Assembly (NCBI GenBank): GCA_031403815.1
Contig: JANNGJ010000142.1
Span: 1 to 47,498 of the forward strand
Reading direction: 5' to 3'
Source: Burkholderiales bacterium
Lineage (GTDB): Bacteria; Pseudomonadota; Gammaproteobacteria; Burkholderiales; Burkholderiaceae_C
DNA: 47,498 nucleotides
The position numbers and the translations under genes are program-made. Shown here one piece after another: positions 37,214-47,498 of this stretch (position 1 is its first letter; every line of letters begins with the position of its first letter). The notes below the pieces were generated by a model that was not told where the DNA came from, did not search any database, and was given only the letters and a program-made list of their open reading frames with translations.

Positions 37214-37773
37214 CATCCCTCGCCCCCACTGCACCCCTGGCCCGCCGCGGCGCGGCCATGCTTCTGGCTGCAACCGCCCTCGTACTGGCCGGCTGTGCCA
37301 GCGCGCCGACGCCGGCCGACTACGCGCGGGAGACGCCGCAGCTTGAGTTGCGCAAGTACTTCAACGGCCCCCTCACCGCGCACGGCATCTTCACCGACCG
37401 CTCTGGCAAAGTATTGCGCCGCTTCAGCGTCAGGATGACGGGCACCTGGAATGGCAACCAGGGCGTGCTGGACGAAGACTTCACCTACAGCGACGGTAAG
37501 AAGGAACGCCGTGTCTGGCGCCTTACCGATCTTGGCAATGGCCGTTACAGCGGCCGCGCCGACGACGTCGTCGGCGAAGCCGTCGGGCAGGCGGCCGGCA
37601 ACGCCTTGAACTGGCGCTACACACTGGCCCTGCCGGTCGACGGCCGCGTCTGGGAGGTGCAGTTCGACGACTGGATGTACCTGATGGATGAGCGCGTGAT
37701 GCTCAACAAGGCCGTGATGAGCAAGTTCGGCATCACCCTGGGCGAAGTCACGCTTGCCTTCACCAAACCTTGA
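37210..37773 (+). CDS. DUF3833 family lipoprotein (lipocalin-like)
   Basis: In-frame part of ORF 37000..37773 from GTG 37210 (GTGA overlap). It has the lipobox LVLAGC, then ...RKYFNGPLTAHGIFTDRSGKVLRRFSV...FDDWMYLMDERVMLNKAVMSKFGI.... Confidence 0.65.
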   Translation: MTSLAPTAPLARRGAAMLLAATALVLAGCASAPTPADYARETPQLELRKYFNGPLTAHGIFTDRSGKVLRRFSVRMTGTWNGNQGVLDEDFTYSDGKKERRVWRLTDLGNGRYSGRADDVVGEAVGQAAGNALNWRYTLALPVDGRVWEVQFDDWMYLMDERVMLNKAVMSKFGITLGEVTLAFTKP

Positions 37774-37784
37774 GTGGACTGCCA

Positions 37785-38570
37785 ATGCCTTTGAATCCGC
37801 GCATCACCCGCTGGGCCGACCAGGTGGTCTGGCTGGTGGGCGCTTCCACCGGCATTGGCCGCGCGACGGCCGAGCAGTTGCACGCCGCCGGCGCGATCGT
37901 GATTGCGTCGGCCCGTGACGCTGCCAAGCTGAGCCAGTTCACACAGGGCCGCGCGCGCGCATTTGCATTGCCTTTGGATGTCACTGACCGCGCAGCGCAA
38001 AGGGACGCCGCCGCCGCCATCGTCGCGCAGCATGGCCGCATCGACCTGGTGATGTACTGCGCCGGACACTACAAAGCCCAGCGTGCGACCGCTTTCGATC
38101 TGGACGAGATGCTCAGGCACCAACAGGTCAATGTCGTCGGTGCGCTCTATCTGCTCGACGCCGTGCTGCCGCAGATGCAAGGCCAGGCGGCTGCCGGCAA
38201 GCCCGCGCACATCAGCCTGGTGGCCAGCGTGGCCGGTTACCGCGGCCTGCCGAATTCGCTGGCCTACGGCCCGACCAAAGCCGCGCTGATCAATCTGGCC
38301 GAGACCCTCTATCTGGACCTCCAGCCGCAGGGCCTGGGGGTGTCGGTGATTAATCCGGGCTTCGTCGAAACCCCGTTGACGGCCGGCAACAAGTTCAGCA
38401 TGCCCGCCTTGATGACGCCCGCCGACGCGGCGCGCGAGATCGTGGCGGGGTGGGAAGCGGGCCGCTTCGAGATCCACTTCCCGAAGCGCTTCACACTGTG
38501 GCTCAAGGCCATGCGCTTTCTTGGCGATGGCGCCTACTTCGCGGCCATCCGCCGCTCCACCGGGTTATGA
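37785..38570 (+). CDS. short-chain dehydrogenase/reductase (SDR) family oxidoreductase
   Basis: ORF 37770..38570. It has VWLVGASTGIGRA (TGxxxGxG), ...SVAGYRGLPNSLAYGPTKAA (YxxxK), and ...VINPGFVETP. The start is ATG 37785, or TTG 37770 overlapping the upstream stop. Confidence 0.85.
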   Translation: MPLNPRITRWADQVVWLVGASTGIGRATAEQLHAAGAIVIASARDAAKLSQFTQGRARAFALPLDVTDRAAQRDAAAAIVAQHGRIDLVMYCAGHYKAQRATAFDLDEMLRHQQVNVVGALYLLDAVLPQMQGQAAAGKPAHISLVASVAGYRGLPNSLAYGPTKAALINLAETLYLDLQPQGLGVSVINPGFVETPLTAGNKFSMPALMTPADAAREIVAGWEAGRFEIHFPKRFTLWLKAMRFLGDGAYFAAIRRSTGL

Positions 38571-39013
38571 CCGGGGCACGCTCAGCCGACGCGCGGGTGC
38601 AGCGGGCGGTGATCTTCTTTGAGCAACTGAGTCCGGCGGACCTGCCGCGGCTGGGCGAGCTTTACGCTACCGACGCACGCTTCAAGGACCCGTTCAACGA
38701 CGTGGCTGGCGTACCCGCCATCACGGCCGTCTTCGAGCACATGTACCGCACGCTGAAGTCGCCCCGTTTCGTAGTGCTCGACATCGTTGCCAGCGGCGAC
38801 GACTGCTTCCTGACCTGGGACTTCCTGTTTCGCTTCAAGCGCTTTTCGCCGCAACTTGACCAGCGTGTGCGGGGCGCAACCCAGCTGCGCTTTGGCGCCA
38901 ACGGCCAGATCACCCTGCACCGCGACTACTGGGACGCGGCCGAGGAGTTGTACGAGAAGCTGCCCGCGATCGGACCGTTCATGCGCTGGCTCAAGCGCCG
39001 CGCGAACGCCTGA
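38567..39013 (+). CDS. nuclear transport factor 2 (SnoaL-like) family protein
   Basis: ORF 38450..39013 trimmed to ATG 38567 (ATGA overlap with the SDR stop). It has ...LGELYATDARFKDPFNDV.G...I..VF.HM......F...D......D..FL.W.F.F.... Confidence 0.65.
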   Translation: MTGARSADARVQRAVIFFEQLSPADLPRLGELYATDARFKDPFNDVAGVPAITAVFEHMYRTLKSPRFVVLDIVASGDDCFLTWDFLFRFKRFSPQLDQRVRGATQLRFGANGQITLHRDYWDAAEELYEKLPAIGPFMRWLKRRANA

Positions 39014-39016
39014 GCA

Positions 39017-39472
39017 TCAGCGCTGACCTTCGGTCAGCGTGTCGAGTTGGAAGCGGCCGGACTTGTCGACCAGCCAGATCTCGGTGTACTTGACCTCGCC
39101 CATGCGTGCGGGCGGAGGAAACGGGCTGGCCTTCTTGATCATCTCGACCGCCCAAGGCCCGACTTCGGCCGCGGCGGGCTGGCGCACCACGCGCACATTC
39201 TTCACGGCGCCGTCGGCGGCAATCTCGGTTTCGATGATGGCAATGCCGTACAACAGGGGCGGCATCTTGCCCTTGTGAATCTGCTTGCCATAGGCCGCAT
39301 ACAGGTGCCGTGCGCCGTCGCTGCGGTACTCAAGCGCCGTTTCGGCAGCCGACTGGCGCTGGAAAGCGCCGCCCACCGGGGGCGTGGTCTTGAACTGCGC
39401 CTGGGTTGGCGTGGCGATGAGCCAGCCCGCCAGTGCCAGGGCGCCAAGGAGTGGGGTGCGTTGGAAGTTCAT
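39017..39472 (-). CDS. small exported protein with TonB C-terminal-like domain
   Basis: ORF 39017..39502 trimmed to ATG 39472. It has a signal peptide (MNFQRTPLLGALALAGWLIATPTQA). The C-terminal ...GIAIIETEIAADGAVKNVRVVRQP...AVEMIKKASPFPPPA resembles the TonB_C fold. Confidence 0.5.
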   Translation of the reverse strand: MNFQRTPLLGALALAGWLIATPTQAQFKTTPPVGGAFQRQSAAETALEYRSDGARHLYAAYGKQIHKGKMPPLLYGIAIIETEIAADGAVKNVRVVRQPAAAEVGPWAVEMIKKASPFPPPARMGEVKYTEIWLVDKSGRFQLDTLTEGQR

Positions 39473-39544
39473 GACTGGCAGTCTAGGCAGGGCCTGCGCC
39501 AAACACGCGTGAGCTTGTGCACGGCACCCCGTGCGTTCGTTTGG

Positions 39545-40507
39545 TTACCGCAGCCAGCCCTTGCGCCGGAAGTAGAACAAAGGCACCGCCACCGAGATGG
39601 CCATCAGGGCGATGGCAAACGGGTAGCCAAAGCGCCAGTCGAGCTCGGGCATGTTGCGAAAATTCATGCCGTACAGACTGGCAATCAGCGTCGGCGGCAG
39701 CAAGGCCACACTCGCCACCGAGAAGATCTTGATGATCTTGTTCTGGTTGATGTTGATGAAACCGACCGTGGCATCCAACAGGAAGTTGATCTTGTCGAAC
39801 AGGAATGCGGTGTGGCTGTCGAGTGAGTCGATGTCACGCAGGATCTGACGCGCCTCCTCGAACTGCTCGGCATTGAGCATGCGGCTGCGCATCATGAAGC
39901 TGACGGCACGGCGCGTGTCCATCACGTTGCGGCGGATGCGGCCGTTCAGGTCTTCTTCCTTGGCGATGGCTGCCAGCGCCGCGCCGGCCTGCTTGTCGTC
40001 AACGTCTTGCGTCAAGACGCCCGCGCCGACCGCTTCGAGCGCGTCGTAGATGCCCTCGAGCGCATCGGCACTGTATTCGGCGTCGGCGTCGTAGAGCTTG
40101 AGCAGCACGTCCTTGGCGTCTTCGATCAGCGCTGGAATGCGCCGCGCGCGCAAGCGCAGAAGGCGAAACACTGGCAGGTCTTCGGCATGCACCGAAAACA
40201 AGACCTGCTGGTACAGGATGAAGGCCGCGCGCACGTTGCGCGGCGTCACGTCGTCGTCGATCAGGAAGTCGGAGCGGATGTGCAACTCGCCGTTGTCTTC
40301 CTCGTAGAAGCGGGCTGACTCTTCCAGGTCATCGTCGACGATGTCGTCCGGGATGACGATGCCAAAGCGCGCCAGGACCCAGGCCTTCTCTTCGACCGTC
40401 GGTGACTCAAGATCGACCCAGACCGGGTGCACGTCGGCCAGCGCGGCAGCGCTGTCGATCTCTTCCTGAACCAGCCGGCCATTGACCAGTGTGAAGACAT
40501 TGAGCAT
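39545..40507 (-). CDS. corA: magnesium/cobalt transporter CorA
   Basis: ORF 39545..40672 trimmed to ATG 40507 (MLNVFTLVNG...). The C-terminal part has two TM segments with the YGMNF signature (ASLYGMNFRNMPEL). Confidence 0.9.
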   Translation of the reverse strand: MLNVFTLVNGRLVQEEIDSAAALADVHPVWVDLESPTVEEKAWVLARFGIVIPDDIVDDDLEESARFYEEDNGELHIRSDFLIDDDVTPRNVRAAFILYQQVLFSVHAEDLPVFRLLRLRARRIPALIEDAKDVLLKLYDADAEYSADALEGIYDALEAVGAGVLTQDVDDKQAGAALAAIAKEEDLNGRIRRNVMDTRRAVSFMMRSRMLNAEQFEEARQILRDIDSLDSHTAFLFDKINFLLDATVGFININQNKIIKIFSVASVALLPPTLIASLYGMNFRNMPELDWRFGYPFAIALMAISVAVPLFYFRRKGWLR

Positions 40508-40895
40508 TGAACGCGGCTCCAGCGCGGGACCGCGCAGCAGGCAAAGGGGTCGCGAGGCCCGTGCACCGCCGCAACCCGAGGCGCCATGACCACCGCCGTG
40601 GCCGCGGGGGCATCGAGCTGGAGGCCACCTGGGCAGACGCAACTCAAGGCGGTGGCCCTGGCCAAAGACCATCGATTATGGCACCGCACATCGACGTCAT
40701 TTGGTGTCAGTATCTGTTCATGCCGTTGTCGCAGCTGGTCACCATTCCGTCACTGAAAAGCTCCGACCCAGAGCCCGGCACATCTTGCCTTCGGCCGCCG
40801 TCAGGGCCACACTGAATCGGCTCCAGCCCCATCTCCCCCCGCAGTACCCCCACCCCCTACTGCATCTCTTGCCACCCGTCCCCAAGGAGGATTTG

Positions 40896-41234
40896 ATGAA
40901 CCTGACGATCAGCGGACACCACCTTGAAGTCACCCCGGCCCTGCGCGAATATGTGCTGACCAAACTGGACCGCGTGACCCGGCACTTCGATCAGGTGGTG
41001 GACATCACCGTGCTGCTGACCGTTGAGAAGCAGAAGGAGAAGGAACGAAGGCAAAAGGCCGAGGTGACCCTGCATGTGAAGGGCCGCGACATCTACGTCG
41101 AACACGCCAGCGAGGACCTCTATGCGGCGATCGACACCTTGATGGACAAGCTCGACCGGCAGGTCATGCGCCACAAAGACCGCGTGCAAGATCATCATCA
41201 CGAGTCACCGAAGCGAGTCTCGGCAGGCGCATAG
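40896..41234 (+). CDS. hpf: ribosome hibernation promoting factor (sigma54 modulation protein family)
   Basis: An AAGGAGG RBS at 40884-40890 precedes ATG 40896. The protein reads [32 protein letters not shown]...[35 protein letters not shown]. Confidence 0.92.
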   Translation: MNLTISGHHLEVTPALREYVLTKLDRVTRHFDQVVDITVLLTVEKQKEKERRQKAEVTLHVKGRDIYVEHASEDLYAAIDTLMDKLDRQVMRHKDRVQDHHHESPKRVSAGA

Positions 41235-41257
41235 AGGTAAGTAAGTAAATGCTCTCA

Positions 41258-41280
41258 AGCGGCCTGCGGGCCGCTTTTTG
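41258..41280 (+). terminator. rho-independent terminator after hpf
   Basis: agcggcc-tgcg-ggccgct followed by ttttt, 24 nt after the hpf stop. Confidence 0.65.
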
Positions 41281-41457
41281 TCGACCTCGGCGGTCCGGCT
41301 GCGGCAGCGCAGCAAAAGCGCAACACCTCGCCTGCACACCGCCGAGAACGCTGGCGCGTGAGGGGGCGCTTCCTATAATTCGACGCCCTGTCACAGTTCC
41401 CGCAGTCAGCCGCCGGACCGCCCCCGTGCGTTGTGCGTTGCGGAAGGACCGCCCCCA

Positions 41458-41928
41458 ATGAATCGACTTGCCTCCATCCTGCCTGCCGCCAACGTCATGG
41501 TCGACGTTGAAGCCACGAGCAAGAAGCGTGCTTTCGAACAGGCTGGCGTGCTGTTCGAGAACCAGCACTCGATTGCGCGAGCCACCGTGTCCGACAACCT
41601 GTTCGCCCGCGAACGTCTGGGCTCGACCGGCCTGGGCCATGGCGTGGCGATTCCTCACGGGCGCATCAAGGGGTTGAAGAACCCGCTGGCCGGCGTGCTA
41701 CGCGTACAGCAGCCGATCGCCTTTGACGCGCCTGACGATGAACCGGTCTCGCTACTGATTTTTCTGTTGGTGCCAGAAGCGGCAACACAGCGGCATCTGG
41801 ACATCCTGTCCGAGATCGCCGAGATGCTCTCGGACCGCACGCTGCGTGAGCGCCTCAAGGCCGAGCCCAACGCGGCTGGCCTGCACAAGCTGATTGCCGA
41901 CTGGGAGCCGCTCAAGTCGGTGGCCTGA
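41458..41928 (+). CDS. ptsN: PTS IIA-like nitrogen regulatory protein PtsN
   Basis: ORF 41431..41928 trimmed to ATG 41458. It has ...RERLGSTGLGHGVAIPHGR... (phosphorylatable His context). It lies between hpf and hprK. Confidence 0.9.
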   Translation: MNRLASILPAANVMVDVEATSKKRAFEQAGVLFENQHSIARATVSDNLFARERLGSTGLGHGVAIPHGRIKGLKNPLAGVLRVQQPIAFDAPDDEPVSLLIFLLVPEAATQRHLDILSEIAEMLSDRTLRERLKAEPNAAGLHKLIADWEPLKSVA

Positions 41929-41949
41929 CCCCCGCCTGGGCTGCGCGCC

Positions 41950-42906
41950 ATGAAGCCCACCTCCATCAGCGCCGAAGCCCTGTTCGAGGAGCACCGCGAG
42001 GCACTGCATTGGGAGTGGGTTGCGGGCCACGCCCACCCCGAGCGCCGCTTTGACGAAGCCGCCGTGCTCGACGCCCGCTCCGCGGCCGACCTGATCGGCT
42101 ACCTCAACTACATCCACCCCTACCGGGTGCAAATCGTCGGGCGCCGCGAGGTCGGCTACCTGAGCCAAGCCAGCGACGAAGTGATTGAACGCAGGGTCGC
42201 ACGCATCGTCACACTCGAGCCGCCGATGATCATCGTCGCCGACGGGCAAGCGCCGCCCAACCGCCTGGTCGCGCTGTGCGACCGAGCTGACATCCCGCTC
42301 TTCGTGACCGCCGAATCGGCCGGTCACGTGATCGACGTCGTGCGCGCCTACCTGGGGCACTTGTTTGCCGAGCGCACGACGCGGCACGGCGTGTTCATGG
42401 ACATCCTCGGTCTGGGTGTGCTGCTCACCGGCGAGTCCGGCCTGGGCAAGAGCGAACTGGGCCTCGAACTGATCTCACGCGGCCATGGCCTGGTCGCGGA
42501 CGACGCCGTCGACCTCTACCGCATCTCACAAACCGCGCTGGAAGGCCGCTGCCCCGCTCTGCTCCTGAACCTGCTGGAGGTGCGGGGCATCGGCCTGCTG
42601 GACATCAAGGCCATCTTTGGCGAGACCGCTGTGCGTCGCAAGATGCGACTCAAGCTGATAGTCCACCTGGTGCGCAAAGAGACCATGGAGCGCGAGTTCG
42701 AGCGCCTGCCCTACGAGCCGCTGTACGAGGACATCCTGGGCGTGAACGTGCGCAAGGTGGTGATTGCGGTGGACGCTGGGCGCAACCTGGCCGTGCTGGT
42801 CGAGGCGGCCGTGCGCAACACGGTGCTTCAACTGCGCGGCATTGACACCTACGCCGAGTTTGTGCGCCGCCATCAACTCGCGATGGACCAACAAGAGAAG
42901 GACTGA
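41950..42906 (+). CDS. hprK: HPr kinase/phosphorylase
   Basis: 318-aa ORF with Walker [24 protein letters not shown] and ...LEVRG.G..D.... Confidence 0.92.
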   Translation: MKPTSISAEALFEEHREALHWEWVAGHAHPERRFDEAAVLDARSAADLIGYLNYIHPYRVQIVGRREVGYLSQASDEVIERRVARIVTLEPPMIIVADGQAPPNRLVALCDRADIPLFVTAESAGHVIDVVRAYLGHLFAERTTRHGVFMDILGLGVLLTGESGLGKSELGLELISRGHGLVADDAVDLYRISQTALEGRCPALLLNLLEVRGIGLLDIKAIFGETAVRRKMRLKLIVHLVRKETMEREFERLPYEPLYEDILGVNVRKVVIAVDAGRNLAVLVEAAVRNTVLQLRGIDTYAEFVRRHQLAMDQQEKD

Positions 42907-42910
42907 GGCC

Positions 42911-43339
42911 CTACTTCGGCCGGTGCACGCAAGCCGGCTTGGTGCAGTTGGCGTACAAGGCCAGCGAGTGATCTTGCAGCGCAAATCCGCGCACCTGCGC
43001 GACGGCGCGCTGCCGGGTCTCGATCTCGGCGTCGTAGAACTCCTCGACCCGCCCGCAGGTCAAGCACACCAAGTGATCGTGGTGCTGGCCCTCATTGAGC
43101 TCGAACACCGACTTGCCGCTCTCGAAGTTGCTCCGCGTCAGCAGCCCAGCCTGCTCGAACTGCATCAGCACCCGGTAGACCGTGGCCAGGCCCACGTCAG
43201 CGCCGTCCGTCAAAAGCGCCTTGTAGACGTCCTCCGCAGTCATGTGCCGCACAGCCGCACGCTGAAAGACCTCAAGGATCTTGATGCGCGGCAGCGTCGC
43301 CTTCAGGCCGCTGCTCTTGAGTTCGTCGGCGTGCGTCAT
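42911..43339 (-). CDS. fur: ferric uptake regulator Fur
   Basis: From ATG 43339: MTHADELKSSGLKATLPRIKILEVF...HMTAEDVYK.L......GLATVYRVL.QFE.AGL...F...HHDHL.C..CG...EF. Confidence 0.92.
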   Translation of the reverse strand: MTHADELKSSGLKATLPRIKILEVFQRAAVRHMTAEDVYKALLTDGADVGLATVYRVLMQFEQAGLLTRSNFESGKSVFELNEGQHHDHLVCLTCGRVEEFYDAEIETRQRAVAQVRGFALQDHSLALYANCTKPACVHRPK

Positions 43340-43416
43340 CGATGGCAAGGGGGGCCAGTAGAATCGTGTGCATCATAGCCAGCGCTGCGCTGCCGATACC
43401 GCGTCGGCGCTATCCC

Positions 43417-44729
<1,313 letters not shown>

Positions 44730-44735
44730 CAGCGC

Positions 44736-45293
<558 letters not shown>

Positions 45294-45387
45294 AACCAGT
45301 TCGGCAAGTGGGTCGGTGCGGCCGAAGCCGAGCTTGAAGGCTTTGCCCACGACCTGCGCGAGATGCGCATCGACAAAGAGCGCTGAC

Positions 45388-47498
<2,111 letters not shown>

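Noticed and set aside
40679-40790. Sigma54-type promoters upstream of hpf (TGGCAC at 40679-40684; GGCAC...TTGC at 40777-40788)
   Set aside because: The first has no GC dinucleotide at the -12 position (ATCG instead of TTGC). The second has GG-to-GC spacing of 8 nt instead of 10.

Overview
GC-rich (roughly two-thirds G+C by eye) chromosomal segment. Gene content and order look like a betaproteobacterium of the Burkholderiales, possibly Comamonadaceae-like; this is inferred from synteny only, with no search run. About 50 genes are present and most are housekeeping: gap / tkt / pgk, azlCD, def-fmt divergent from lysM-dprA-smg, a DUF1631 protein, yajC-secD-secF, a UbiH-family hydroxylase, nitrilase-yhdP divergent from glnE, corA, hpf-ptsN-hprK, fur, bamE-dapB-exbB-exbD and the 5' part of leuS. 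I found no rRNA, tRNA, CRISPR array, transposase or phage genes. The stand-out locus is 29.7-39.0 kb. It holds a CarH/LitR-type MerR regulator carrying the full adenosylcobalamin photoreceptor motif set, with a di-iron desaturase-like gene downstream of it. Divergent from these is an eight-gene, translationally coupled lipid-modification operon: FAD desaturase-like, DUF1365, CFA-synthase family, chalcone-isomerase-like, MFS, DUF3833, SDR and NTF2-like. In the AT-richer spacer between them lies a self-contained unit with a near-consensus sigma70 promoter and an intrinsic terminator. It would give a transcript of about 250 nt that displays a 30-nt CU-rich, anti-Shine-Dalgarno-like tract in a hairpin loop. 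This is a candidate sRNA or regulatory leader that I could not assign to any family I know. Other observations: three independent ORF-disrupting lesions in conserved genes (a 19-bp tandem duplication in tkt, a frameshifted DUF2807 gene with a dodecin-like remnant, and an in-frame TAA in exbB); an apparent MurU-like nucleotidyltransferase-GNAT fusion; and a 125-bp palindromic MITE/REP-like element flanked by 9-bp direct repeats. All family calls come from reading motifs in the translations, and no database search was possible.
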